Assembly: GCF_009914755.1 (NCBI RefSeq)
Contig: NC_060938.1
DNA: 64,000 nt
Source: the human T2T-CHM13v2.0 reference genome, Homo sapiens
Strand: one strand, 5' to 3'
This document shows positions 22,290 to 36,965 of this stretch, in pieces. A program made the translations under genes and the position numbers. The stretch's first letter is position 1, and every line of letters starts with the position of its first letter. The notes under the pieces are model-generated. The model had not been told where the DNA came from, ran no database searches, and was given only the letters and a program-made list of their open reading frames with translations.

Positions 22290-25200
22290 ATTTGTATTTT
22301 TTGTTTAATTCATAATTTATTGAAATGAGTAATTTAAGGTTATAATGTTTTATGGCAATTTAGGACATTTTCAATAAATATATTGAGCTCGAGGCCCTGG
22401 CTAAGTATTCCTTTTGTACTCAAAATCAGATTTTTCTGGCACAACTTCATTGCCTGCAATGGTATTTATAAAAAATATGAATGCCAGCACATGGACTATT
22501 TCAATACTGTACTCATTTTTTCATGTATAAACATTTCATTAGCTATGAAACAAACCAAATACAAATGCTGAATGTACAGTATATATCAACAAATGCAGAT
22601 TCTTCACCAAAGAAAACAATAAAAGACGAATTTTCTGTGACATGTCACCTGTTCATTAGTTATTTAATATGATTTAGGCTATCCCAAATTTAAGAAAATG
22701 TATGCATCACTATTCATGTTGTCTCAACATTTTTTATCTAGGTCCTGAAGGACATAAAAAAGAATGTACATTGTCATATTTATTTTTATAGATTTTAGAT
22801 GTTTCTTTTGCTGTATTTTCTGTGCATACTACTATGAATATATGGAGACAAGGACAAATGAGCATTTAAGTGGTTATATGAATTTTGCTTATATGGTTAA
22901 TTGCTTATATGGATGTTGTAAATGACCAGATAAAATAGTAAAGTTTGATAAACTTATCTGTACCCTGTGAACTTTAGTTCACTTACTGTATAACTTAATT
23001 CAGTCACTAATAATTAGTTTAAAAAGTGTTTTTTAAAAGCTGCAAACCACATTTTATTACACATTTCTGAATCAGGAAGGGGTAAACTGTGACCCAGCTT
23101 TCTTATGCCACTGACTTTTTTGGGGAGAAACATTCTGCAATAAAATAAGAGTTTCCAAACTCTATTTATAAAAAAAGCTTGAGTTTTCTTCTGTGATTAA
23201 CCTTCACTCCTCAGTCCCTTTTACCCAAGGAATGGTTCCTAGGTCATCTTTTGGAAGTTTAGTTTCTGGAAAGTTTTCAGCAAACCTCTCCTGAGCTTTG
23301 TCCCAGTTGTAGTTGTTCTTGTTTTGGAGAAGGTGAGTCTCTTTAATTGAGGATGGTTTGTCTGTCTCCAATCCTGCATGTGTTTGCCAAAGCTGAAGCT
23401 GTATTGGAGATTTTATTCTCCCACCATCCCTCCCCAGACCTTCTCCTGTTTTCAACACATCTTTTTCAACATTTTCTGACCTTTGTCGCTATCAGTAATT
23501 TCAGAATGAACAGATGCAGGAGCATCATCTCTTCGGAAATTTCCTTCACTTCCAATCTGCTCCCTATGTTTTCCAGCTCTATCTTTATATTTTTGATTCT
23601 CCAGTATTTTATCATCTTTGTAATCTGTATTCTGTAAACCATATTTTACTCGTATATTTTTAAAATCATTTTCTTCTCTCCAACTCGTTTCCTTCTTAGT
23701 TAATGATGGACCAACAAATGATTCATCTTTCTTATCAAGGAAAAGGTGAGCTCTAACCTGCCCTGGTTCACATCCAACACAGCTATTACTGCCAGGGTGA
23801 ATGTAATAAGATAACACAGTGTCTACAACTTTCACTTTATCTCCATGCTCAGGTTCATAATGGTCACATTTAGTTTTCAGCTGAACAATCCATTTTCCAT
23901 TAACAAGTGTTCCATTTTGACTGCCTGATCCAAAAGGACATAACTTTGTAAGTCATGGTCAAAACAGATTTCTGCATGAAACTTACACCAACTTCAGGGA
24001 TTCGAAGAGTATTCTTCATATCATTTTCTCTTCCAATTGTAGCAGGTTTTACAGCAGTAATGATGAAGAATGATCCTGTCTGTAACACAGGTGATCTCAT
24101 GACAATTACTCTCGTATATGAGGGCCACAATTTTTCCTCATCTTCTTCTGCAGTATCTTTTGCAGTTGCATTGCCTTTACTGGTAATGCCTTCATCATAA
24201 CTACCCTCGGTCTGAGAGTCCGTAATTTCACCTTCTTCTGGTTCACTATCAGTCTCTGTGATTTTCTCATCCTTAAAGATGAATTGAGATGTTTTCATTA
24301 AGAGGAGATTCCATAGGATTTCCACTAACTGGAACAGTGAATTTTGGGGATTATTTTTGTGATGAATGCCTATTTTGGCTTTTTTTTTCACATTTGTGAA
24401 ATTGTCTTTCCCATTGCAGCTTGTATGTTCAACACTGAAGGCTTCTTGATCCTCTGAATTCAAATCCTTTTCCTCATTTTTTTTTGTAGAAGAATCTGGA
24501 TCCTTTCTTTTCTCAATTTTTCATTTTTGTTTTGTGCTATAAGTCTGATAAGGTTGCAAATCTACTCTAGAATGAAATCGATAGCGACCACTTTCCACAT
24601 CACAGTAGTAATAAATTAAATGATAATATATTTGATTCTCAGAATCTTAATAGAACCCAGTGCTGTGGTCAAAATACAGTCCAGTATTTTCATCATAACT
24701 AAATCCAGTCTGTGATAAAGCCTCTTCTGCTGCAGCTCTCAAACTTTCAGCTAATGACGAAACTTCTAAGGACGTATCTTGTGCTGCTAATGCAGATGCT
24801 GGCTCCTGTGAATTTGAGGCAAATGACCCTGTCTACACTTAACATTTGCTGTCCTATCAGTACCAGGGTGAGCATCATTTTTTATTTATAACTTGTCGTT
24901 AGAATTCAAAGCAGGACTTTCAATATCCTGATCTTGCTGATTTGACAGTTCAGTCACTCACTTTATTTGGAAGACTAACATCATTACAGTAGATCTGATA
25001 ATAATCTGAGATTGACCAAGGAGCATGGTTCTCTGTGAGTACTTCTACATCAGACTTTTATTATCTCCATTTCTCCCACAGCAGAGTACATTACTGAGCT
25101 TTTCTTCCAGCTGCGTGCAGAGCTTCTGGTGGTTGCTCGTGTCGCTCTGAGCAGCCGTCCTGTGCGAGGCCATAGCTTCTCCTGTTCCCGCACCTGCCGC

Positions 25201-25680
25201 CTGCAGCTCAGCGTTCAGGTTCCAGCTTCTCCGCCCTCCTTCTCCGCTGGGCCAGCTCGGGCTCGGGGAGGGGGAGGAGCGGTCACAGCGAAGGCGCTGG
25301 CGGCGGGTACGGGCAGAGGCCGCGAGTTCGGGCGCCAGACGTCTGCGGCCTTGGAGGGGCTGCGTGGGGCCAAAGCGGGGGCCGGCGGAGCCACAGCCAC
25401 AGGGTCTCGCGGGCAGCCACAGGCAGCCTCCCCGGCCAGGAGGCCCCGAAACGCAGAGCCTAACGGGGCTGCGGCAAGAGCAAGGGAACGGTGATGGCCC
25501 TGCCAGATCTGCGTGCCTGGAATCCTGGGAACGACTGTACCTTCCCCAGCCACGGGGGCCGCAGGAGGAGCGTCGAAGTCCAGGGGCCAGAAGTGCTCCG
25601 GCCGTTCCCGAGTTGAGCTGGAAACAGTGGCCAAGCGTGTTTTAAATCGAGTTTCCATGTGGCTAGCTATGACCTGCTGG
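22290..25680 (-). pseudogene. AGGF1P: Processed AGGF1 pseudogene (OCRE, FHA and G-patch regions), full length, frameshifted
   Basis: Intronless. ORFs 23900-24463 (ETDSEPEEGEITDSQTE..ATIGRE), 23452-23835 (HPGS..CEPGQVRAHL..KYGLQNT) and 23204-23458 (GEGLGRDGG..PWVKGTEE*) match AGGF1. Poly(A) signal read as tttatt at ~22316-22321 with a T-rich tail at ~22290. GC-rich 5'UTR at ~25320-25680. Confidence 0.96.
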
Positions 25681-25684
25681 TTAC

Positions 25685-27610
25685 TCTTATTTTTTTCTCC
25701 ATTCGTTGAGCTATGAGTGACTAATTGAAAAGCGTATATTTTTAGGGTGTACAATAGAGTGTTTTGAGATGTCAGTAGTCTTTAAATTACCTCAGTTAAG
25801 CTAGTTAGCCTATCTATCCCCTCACATAGTTAATACGTTCCTGTGTGTGTGGTGAGAGCACCTGAGATCTACTCTTGTAGCAAATTTCAAGTACGGAGTA
25901 TTGTTAACTATAGTCACTATTCTGTACATTAGGTCCCCAGCAGTTACTCACCTTGTAACTGAAGGTGTGCCCCTTCCATGGATATCTCCCCACTTTCCCC
26001 ACTTCCTAGCCCATGGGAAGCACGGTTCTACGGTTTCCATGGCTTTTTTTAAATTTTTATTTACTTTTTTAGATTTTACATATAAACGAGATCATGCAGT
26101 AGTTGTCTTTCTGTATTCGGCTTATTTCACTTAGCATAATGTCTTCAAGATTAATCAATATTGTTGTGGATGAAAGAATTTCATTTTTATTAAAGCTGAA
26201 ATTATGTATGTCTCAGTTTATCTGTATCAGAGGAGTGCAGATACCCTTGATGATCCTGATTTTATGTACTTTGGCTATATACTCCTAATTGGGATTAGTG
26301 GTAGTTCTAGTTTACAAATTTTAAGGAACCTCCATACTGTTTTTCATAATAGCTGCACCAATTGACATCCTCAGCAACAGTGCACAAGTGTTCTCTTTTT
26401 CCACACCCTAACACTTTTTATCTTTTGACTTTTTGATAGTAGGCATCCAAACACCACGATAAGGTGATACCTCATTGTGATTTTGTTTTTAATTACTCTG
26501 AAAATTAGTGATGTCGAGCATTTTTTATATACCTGTTGGCCATTTGTATATCTTTGGAAAAATTGCTATTTATATATTTTGCCCAATTATTAATCAAGAA
26601 ATTGCTTTTAATTCTGCTGTGGGTTTTTTGTATTGATTAGTATGATGTATATTTTGGATAGTAACATATTACCCTATATATGGTTTACAAATATTTTCTC
26701 CCATTTCCTATAATGCCTTTATATTTTGCTGATTGTTTCCTTTGTTGTGCAGAAAATTTTAACTTTGACATAGTTCCACCTGTTCATTTTTGCTTTTGTT
26801 GACTGTGTTCTTGGTGTCATATCCAAAACATCATTACCATGACCAGTGTCAAGGTTTTTCCCCATTTTTTTAAGAGGATTCATGATTTCAGTTCTTATGT
26901 TTAAGTCTTTATTTCATTTCAAATTCATTTTGTGATGACATGAGAGAAAGGTTCACTTTTTTCTGTGCATATCTAGTTTTTCCTACAGCACTCCTTGATG
27001 TGTTTATCCTTTCTCCATTCTCTGGGATTGGTTGACTGTATATTTGTGAGTTTATTTCTGGGTCCTCTATTCTGTTCTATTGGTTTTTATGTAGGTACTA
27101 TACTATATTGATGACTACAGCTTTGTAATATAGTTTGAAATCAGGAAGTGTAAGGCTTTCAGCCTTTTTGTTCTTCTCAGTATTTGGCTATTTGAGGTCT
27201 TTTATGGTTCCATACTAATTTTAAAATTGTTGTTCTACATTTTTAATAAAATTGCATTAAAATTTTGATAGAAGTTTAACTGTAGATCACTTTGTGTAGT
27301 ATGGATATTTTAATAATATTAATTTTTAGAATCCATGAACACGTAATATATTTCCCATTTTGTATTTTTCATTTTCTTTCCTCAACATTTTATAGTTTTC
27401 AGCCTGCAGATCTTTCATATTCTTTGTTAACTCATTCTTAAGTATTTCATTCTATTTGATAATATTGTAAATGGAACTATCTTTATTTCTGTTTCAGATA
27501 TTTTGCTGTTACTGTAAAAAAATGCCACTGATGTTCATATGTTAATATTGTATCCTGAAAATTTACTGACTTAGTTGTTTAGTTATAACAGGTTTTTTTT
27601 TTTTCTGGTA
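25685..27610 (-). mobile_element. Old L1MA 3' portion
   Basis: Antisense 3'UTR and ORF2 motifs (tttcacttagcataatgtc; ctttgtaatatagtttgaaatcaggaagtgt). Confidence 0.88.
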
Positions 27611-27752
27611 AAATGGTGGGTATTCTGAATTCTGGTTAAATTGATAGTTGCTATTATCATTTCAAAATTATTTAAAATATGACCAGATGGATTCCTGCTT
27701 TCATGAATTCAATGGAATTCAAATCTTCCCATTTGAAATAATTTTGTCTGGT

Positions 27753-28844
27753 TGACCTAGGCCCCAGGGATCGGGGGCACCCCTTGAGAGCCTGGAGATT
27801 CGCTTGGGGGTGGGAGGGAGAAGCCGTCAGAGAAGGGGCTGAGCTGAGGAAGCAGAGAGGGGCTCCGGGGACAGCCGGGAGGAGAGAAGGTCTTGTGAGA
27901 GACCCAGTGGGGAGAGAGAATGGGCCAGAAAACGAGGAAGGGTGAGAGTGAGCAACAGGACGGCTTCCCGGCGCGGTAGGGAACTTTGCTGAAACTGCGG
28001 GCCCCAGGGAACAGCACGGGCAGGGTGGGAGGGAGTGGAGAAGACCCAGTACACCCCAAGGTCAGTGTGGAGAAAGGGACATTTCCTGGTTCCTTCGCCT
28101 CTGCCCAGCGTTCTGCGGGCATGGCCCCCACAGGGGCAGGGCAGGGGAGGAGGTGGCTCCTGGCAGTCTCGGAGAACTAAGGGGCGCACACCAGCTTCGC
28201 AGGGCCAGGGTGACAGGGGAAGCCTGAGACGGCTGCGGATCTTGCTGGCCCAGTGGGTGGGCGCGGGGTATGCGGGAGGGGCCGAGCTCACCGGGCCAGC
28301 GCCGGGGCCTGCAGGTGGCCCTGGAGGAATCTGCAAGCACCCACCCGTGCAGCGGGCCTTCCGGTAGACCAGTGTGGACAGCGCCCTGGACACGCCCTTC
28401 CCATCTGGAACATTTGTGAGGCTGGAATTTAAGCTCCGGCAGACAGAGAAGTGGCCTGAGGAAGGACTGGAAGAAAGCCAAGTGCAAAGTCCAGCCTGAG
28501 AGGAGGAAGCAGAAATGGCTGACCTGCGTCAAACTGGAATGTGAGGATAAGGTTCTGGGCAGGATGGTTCGCTGCCCTCCAGAGACACAGACTCGGCGGG
28601 AGCCTGAGGAGCACCAGGAGGCCGGGTGCAGCTGGGCAGAGCGGGCGGTGAAGACCCCACAGCTGCTGCTTCCCTGCACAGTTCGCCTTCTCCAAGGCCC
28701 AGCCCCCAGCGGAGCCCAGTACTGAATCTCATGGCGCCCCCTGGAGCCCTGGTGGGGATAACCAGTGGAAGACCCACCTCCCAGGGAGAGGACCCCACTG
28801 TATCCCCAGATAATAAAACTGATCTCTCCCCCCAAAAAATAAAT
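27753..28844 (+). pseudogene. RARRES2P: Processed RARRES2 (chemerin) pseudogene with a long 5' extension
   Basis: Start codon mutated to CTG at 28224 (LRRLRILLAQWVGA..AELT); KHPPVQ, DTPFPSGTFVRLEFKL, EDKVLGRMVRCP and QFAFSKA run on without introns; AATAAA 28812-28817; 17-bp TSD aaataattttgtctggt at 27736-27752 and 28845-28861. Confidence 0.96.
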
Positions 28845-29309
28845 AAATAATTTTGTCTGGTCTTTGAAAATTTTTATCCTCTGTGTTCTGGTCCAAATCC
28901 TGCCCATTTATCTATATGCCTAATTAGTCGAACTTTTTAATGAAGTTATTTAGCATTCTTTTTAATTATGAAACAAAGCAGTAAATTTGTTAATGGTTTT
29001 AATATCATCTAATATGATTGAAAAAATGTCAATTTGTCATTGTCAATGAATCTTTGTGTTATTTATTTTACTCTGTTACATATTCTGTACATAAAGGTCT
29101 AAGTGGCTTAGAATCTTGCCTAACATATTTTATGTGCTAAGTACTAACTACTCTAATTCATCAAATTATCTTTCTATACCATTCTTAAAATACAATATTA
29201 TTTTTTATTTATTTTTGTTAAAATTTTTTTGCCTAATCTAATTATTTATGAAAATTATGAGGTCTATTCAGTTTGTCCTCTTGATAAAAGCCAAAGTTTT
29301 TTTTTTCTC

Positions 29310-29596
29310 TCTTTTTTTTTGAGACGGAGTCTCTCTGTTTCCCAGGCTGGAGTGCAGTGACACAATCTCGGCTCACCACAACCTCCGCTTCCCGGGTTCA
29401 GGTGATTCTCCTGCCTTAGTCTCCTGAGTAGCTGGGACTACAGGCATGCTCCACCATGCCTGGCTAATTTTTGTATTTTTAGTAGAGACAGGGTTTCACT
29501 ATATTGGCCAGGCTGGTCTTGAACTCCTGAAAACGTGATCCGCCCACCTCAGCCTCCCAAAGTGCTGGGATTATAGGCTTGAGCCACCACGCCAGG
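29310..29596 (-). mobile_element. AluS
   Basis: Full antisense Alu with T-tail. Confidence 0.95.
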
Positions 29597-29599
29597 TCT

Positions 29600-31570
29600 C
29601 TTTTTCTAAATCTCTTTATTAATACGTTAGAGAGTACAAATGCAGCTCCCTTACAGATGCATGTTGCATAGGGATGAAGTATGGGCTTTTGGTGTGACAA
29701 TCATCTGAATGTTGTTTATTGTCCCCATTAGTTATTTTCTCATTCCTAAACCCTCTCCAACCTCCCATCTTTCTGAGTCTCCAGTGTCTATTTTTCCAGT
29801 CTCTATATCCAAGTGTATGCATAATTGAGTTCACACTTGCAAGTGAGAAAATACAGATTAGATTTTCTGTTTCTGAGTTTTTTCACTTACAGTAATGGCC
29901 TCTGGTTTTATTCATGTTGTTGCAAAAGACATGATTTTATTCTTCTTCATGGTTGAGTAGCATTCCTTGGTATACTTGTATAGCACATTTTCTTCATTCG
30001 ATTATTGATTGATAAATTTAAATTGATTTCATGTATTGGCTATTGTGAATAGTGCTGTGATAAACATGTGAGCATGGGTATTTTCTTTATGTAACAAATT
30101 ATTTTCCCCTGGGTAGATACCAAGTAGTGGGAATGCTGAATCAAATGGAAGTTCTATTTTTAGTCTATTTTGAAATCTCCATACTGTTTTCCATAGAGAT
30201 TGTAGAAAGTTACTTTCCCACAAACAACGTATAAATGTTATCTTTTCTCTGTATCCTTGCCGATAGCTCATTTTTCTTCTTTTTAGTAATAGCCATTCGG
30301 CATGGTGTAAGTTGGTATCTCATTGTGGTTTTTAATTGGCATTTCTCTGATCATTGACAATGTTGAGCACCTTTTACGTGCTTGTTGACCATTGACCATC
30401 AGTGTCTTTTTTTTAATGTTCATGTTCTTTGCTTGCTTTCTAATGAGGTTACTTGTTTTATTTTTGTTGAGCTGTTTGAGTTCCTTGTATATTCTGGACA
30501 TTAGATCTTTGTCACATGCGAAACTTGTAAACATTTATCTTATTTCATAGGTTTTCTTTTCACTGTGTTAATTAAAAAGCTCATTTTCAGGAGCTTTTTA
30601 GTTTGAGTTCCTTTTGTCTATTTTTGTTATTGTTACATCTGCTTTTGAGATCTTAGTAATAAATTCTTTGTTCAAGTCAATGTCTAGAAGAGTTTATCCT
30701 AGAGTTTCTTCTAGCATGTTTATAGTTTCAGGTCTTGCATTTTAGTTTTTTAACACATATTGAGTTGATTTTTGTATATGGTGGAACATGGGGGTCCCAT
30801 TCCGTACTTCTGCATATGGCAATATAATTTTTCCAGCACAATTTATTGAATAGGATGTCATTTCTCCAGTGTATGTTTTTGTTGACTTTGTAAAAGATCA
30901 GTTGTTTGTAGGTATGTGGCTTTATTTCTAGGTTCTCTATTCTGTACCATTGATCTTTGTGTCAATTTATATCAGTACCATGCTGTTTTGGTTACTACAG
31001 CCTTCTAGCATAATTTTAAGTCAGATAATGTAATATCTCCAGCTTTATTCTCTTTGCTTAGATTTACTTTGGCTATTCAGGCTCTTTTTGTGGTTCCATG
31101 TGAATTTTAGTGGTTTTTTTTTCTAATTTTATAAAAAATAACATTGGCATTTTGGTAGGAATTGCATTTAATATGTAGATTGCTTTGGGCCGTAGAGTCA
31201 TTTTAACGATCATAATTCTTCCAATCCATGAGCATGGGATGTTTTTCTCATTTGTGTCATGTACAACTTCTTTCATCAGTGTTTTGTAGTTTTCCTTGTA
31301 GGGATCGTTCATCTCTTTGACTAATTGTATTTCTAAGCATTTTACCTTTTTTGTAGCTATTGTAAAAGGAAGTGACTTTTTAATTCAGTTCTCAGCTTGA
31401 TCATCATTAGTGTATAAAAACGCTAACAATTTTTGTACATTGATTTTTGCATCCTGAAACGTTATTAAATTTATTTATCAAATCTAAGAGTTTTTTTGGT
31501 GGTCTTTAGAATTTTTATATATATGATATTACATAATCATGAAAGAGGGACAATTTGACTTTCTAATTAT
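29600..31570 (-). mobile_element. L1 (L1PB/L1MA-age) 3' ~2 kb
   Basis: ORFs 31073-31312 ([19 protein letters not shown]) and 30029-30271 match L1 ORF2. Confidence 0.92.
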
Positions 31571-31677
31571 AACTACATAGATGCTCCCACCAAGACCAAT
31601 AGACAGAGTATCTGGGGAGGGCACAGGTGATGGTATTTCTTTAAGCTGGCCATGTGATTATGGCTGGAAGCATGGGC

Positions 31678-31923
31678 CAGTGGCGCCATCTTGGCCCATG
31701 GCAACCTCCACCTCCCAGGTTCGAGTGATTCTGCAGTCTCAGCCACCCGAGTAGCTAGGATTATAGGCACCAGCCACCACACCTGGCAAATTTTTGTATG
31801 TTTTAGTAGAGACATGATTTGGCCATGTTACCCAGGCTGGTCTTGAAGTCCTGACCTCAGGTGATCTGCCCACTTCAGCCTCCCAAAGTGTTGGGATTAC
31901 AGGCATGAGTCACTGTGCCCAAC
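31678..31923 (-). mobile_element. Alu lacking its tail
   Basis: cagtggcgccatcttggc..ggattacaggcatgagtcactgtgccc. Confidence 0.9.
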
Positions 31924-33401
31924 TCTCAAGTTTCAATGTGCCTATGAATTATTTCTGATTCCAGGCTCTCTCTTAGTGATGTGATTCTGCAGGTTTGGAA
32001 GGGGCCCATGAATTGGCTTCTTTAAAAAGTCTCCTCTTAATGTTGATGTTTCTTCCACTACATCCAATATAGTAGCACTCAGCTAGAGAAAGTAGGCACA
32101 GCACAGAGCTCCTGACACCCAACGATGTTACCACAACACAAATACTTTTGGCCCAAAGTGAAAGCCACCAGTCACCATTTTCAAACATGTCATTTTCTGC
32201 TGGCTCTTTACAGTTTAGAGAGCCTAGAGAAGGCATCAATGTTTGAGTAAGTCTGCATTTGGAAAACATGTACACATGAGTTAATACAATGTTTACTGAG
32301 CACATATTATGTGTTCAAAAGTCTGTTACAGAGCAATGTTCAGGAAACTTAACATGATGTGAGTTAATCCTCATAACACCCTGGGGGTTGGGTGCTAAGT
32401 TTTCTGTAATTTTCAGGATTTAAATGAAGGGCCTAGCATTTCTATTTTTTCTTCCATTTTAAAAATTATTTACCTGGAAAATAAAATGTGCAGAATAAAA
32501 GCTATATCGACAGATGAGAGGGATGGAGAAAAAAGGGTGAACTGTTCAGAGAGATGTTTTATATTTATATTTACCTTTTTGTGCCTTGTGGAGCAGCTAC
32601 TGAATTTGCAGGAGTGGAAAACAAGTTGCTAGGTGGGGTGTCTCTAGAAGCACTGGCTTCAATGAAAAAGAAATTACAGCCCCCAAATATAGAATTATTT
32701 GCTTCCATTTATCTGCTTTTCCATTTTAGGAAATTGTGGGTACCAGCTCAGGAGAGGCAGCAAGAGCCCCCACCTGAATCTCTGGTATCCTTTAATCAGT
32801 TCTGTGAGAGAAGATTCTAGGGTGAGACCAGACCTGGATGAGGCCATAGAAGAGGGTGGATCTGGGCAGGGCTGGAACAGAAAGTGGACCCCATGTTTCT
32901 GATGTTCATGCTGGTGGAGTATTTCCAGTTCTGTCTTTCGTAAGCCTGCCCAACAGAGACTTAACTCTTAGAGCTTGTGTAATTTTAATATGTTTTAGCC
33001 ACTTTCCTGTCAATTTTTATAACACATGATCACAAGAAACTTAAGCAAAACTCTTAGGGTTTTTAGGACTATTATATGAGAAGCTAAAAACTTATTTTTA
33101 CCAAGATAAAAGAAATAGAAATAATCATAACAATAACAATAATTCTTCTGTCCATGAATAGCCCTTCAGGTGGTGACATCGGAACCCAAGGAACAGCATA
33201 AAGGAAGAGGAGCAAATGCAGCCAAGGCCCCCTGTGCAGCTCCCTTCTCCCTTCCGACTACAGGATGATGAATTCAGCCATTAATCCATTTCCCTTCCAA
33301 CCACAGGATGCTGAATTCAGCCATTAATCCATTTACTCTAGATGAAAAGTTTCTGGACAATAGAAACCGTGAATTCTTCATCTGTTTTTCTGATGATCAT
33401 G

Positions 33402-33768
33402 TGATGTAGATTAGATGTCCCCTCCAAATCTCATATTGAATTTTAATCCCCAGTGTGGCAGGTGGGGCCTGTGGAGGAGGTGGTTGAATCACCGGGTGAA
33501 TCCCTCATGGCTCTGTGCCATCCTTGAGATAGTGAGTACTAGCGATATATGGTTGTTTAGAAGTGTGGCCCATCCCTTCCTCTTCTTTCTTGTTTCTGCT
33601 TCCACCATGTGAGATGCCTGCTTCTCTTTCACCATGATTGTAAGCTTCCCCAGGCCTTCCCAGAAGCAGACGCTGGTGCTACGCTTCCTGTACAGCCTGC
33701 AGACTCTTTTCTTATAAATTACCCAGTCTCAGATTTTTTAAATAGCAATGCAAGAATAACTTAATACA
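33402..33768 (+). mobile_element. MaLR solo LTR (MSTA/MSTB type)
   Basis: tccctccaaatctcatattgaa..tcttataaattacccagtctcag..gcaatgcaagaataacttaataca; TSD tcatg/tcata. Confidence 0.88.
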
Positions 33769-33985
33769 TCATATGAAAAGAAAGCAATTGATATATTTAC
33801 CAGTTTGATTATTTACCAGTTTGAGTCTCCAGACCTCTGCCTTACTTCAACTCAAAGAACAGGAAGGGAGCAACCCTCATCTACTGCTCCTGATCATGGG
33901 AGAATCTTCAGTTCATCTTAAAACATTTCAGTCAAAAGCCTCGTGTTTCACGTAGAAGAAGGAGGGTGTCTGAAAGAATTGGTCT

Positions 33986-34291
<306 letters not shown>

Positions 34292-34358
34292 TGATTTTAA
34301 TCAAGGTACCTAAGTATGGAAGACATGCCCTTAATTATTTTCCTAATGCAATATTTGA

Positions 34359-35524
<1,166 letters not shown>

Positions 35525-36965
35525 GATGCAGGGTTGGGGCAGGGCGGGGTGGGGGCAGGGCGGCAGCCTCTCTTTTGTGGTGAACCTCTGGCTCGTTATG
35601 GAGAGGCGTGTCTTCCCTTCCAGTTAACCTGCCTAGGATCCCGGAGTTCCAGGTCTGGCGAGTGTCTCCACACAGATGAGGGCTGTCATTCTTTCCTGAG
35701 AATCCCAGGGATCCCAGGGCCCATCCAGGTACCAGGAGGTGGACTGTCTACTGCTCATGCGCAGGTTTGCAGGCCGCAGCCAAGTTTTCTAACCAGCCCA
35801 GGCGGAGCTCTCATCCCTTTCCCCGCGCGTTCTTCAGTCGGGTTGGCGGAGACCTCAGTCTGCAAAACACTGGGTTGGGGCAGAAGCCAGGCCAGTTCTC
35901 CTTTCTGCAGCTCGATTCCTCTGCCTCTTCGCTCACTAACACTTGCCAACCCGTGTCCTGCCAGCCTCCTCGCCAGCACCATGGAGCGCCTTGCAACTAA
36001 ATAAAGACCCGAGACCCCTTGCAAACCTGGGTGCTGCCCTTTCCAGGCAAGAGGCAAGGCAGGCAGAGATGAGGACAGGAACGGAGACAGAGTGGGATGG
36101 AAGGATGGAGCTAGGAAAGGATGGATGGACTGAGGGACCCTGGAAGGGAGAGAAAGAGGGAGGGAGGGAGAAAGGGAGGAAAAAACCAGGGGAGGGAGGG
36201 AAGAACAGAGGGAAGGATGGACCAAGGGACAAAAGGAGCAAGAAACAGATAAAGGAAGGCAGAGAGAAAAACGGTCTTCTGCGTCCAGAACCAACAAGAC
36301 CCAGCACTCCGGGAAAATGTTGGGTGCCCAGTGCGGCCTAAGTGCTGGGTCCACAGCCCCGTTGGCCAGCGGGGCACTCAGCGGCCCTCCGGATCACCAG
36401 CCTGGGTTACTTCATCCCGGAGCGATTCAGATGAATTCCGTTTCGGAAGGAATGAGCGAATTCCCCAGAGAGCAATGAGCTGAGACTCAGGTGGTTGTTT
36501 GTTTTTCATTCACATGGTTCACAGAAGACATATCCCCACCTTGAGCCCTGCAACAGAGCGCGAGGCGGATACTCCCATCCACACAGGAGTCACGCTCAGG
36601 CCAAGTAAAGCGTGATTCTGGATTCCACGTTTCTTTGCTCTCTGCAAAGGTGACTGTTACTCAAGTCTCTGCCGCCCCCCGAAAGCGTGACCATGTTGAC
36701 TGTTTCCCGAGCTCTGTGGGGACCCAGAAACTTCCAGGAATGCGTGGAAGACCAGCATCGTGTCGGTGCTCTCCTTTCCAGTTTTCAAACAGGCTATATG
36801 GGAGACTCCCCATTTTGCAGGAAACAGGAATCCAACCTCAGGCCGTGATGCACCGGACGTTTCTTTTCTCTGTGCTTTCGCTCTCATTGTCTACATGAAA
36901 ATGAACGAGATCCACACACCTGCATGTTTGAGACTATCACGGCAACTGTGACACCCACGCGCTGG
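35525..36965 (+). repeat. D4Z4 macrosatellite non-coding portion (LSau/hhspm3-like), single diverged partial unit
   Basis: KpnI site ggtacc at 35728-35733 followed by aggaggtggactgtctactgctcatgcgcaggtttgc; GGAG purine tract; gaaaatgaacgagatccacacacctgc..ggcaactgtgacacccac follows the recalled D4Z4 order. Confidence 0.88.

Noticed and set aside
27757-28907. 281-aa and 188-aa minus-strand ORFs
   Set aside because: Antisense shadows of the GC-rich RARRES2 retrocopy, with no recognisable domain.
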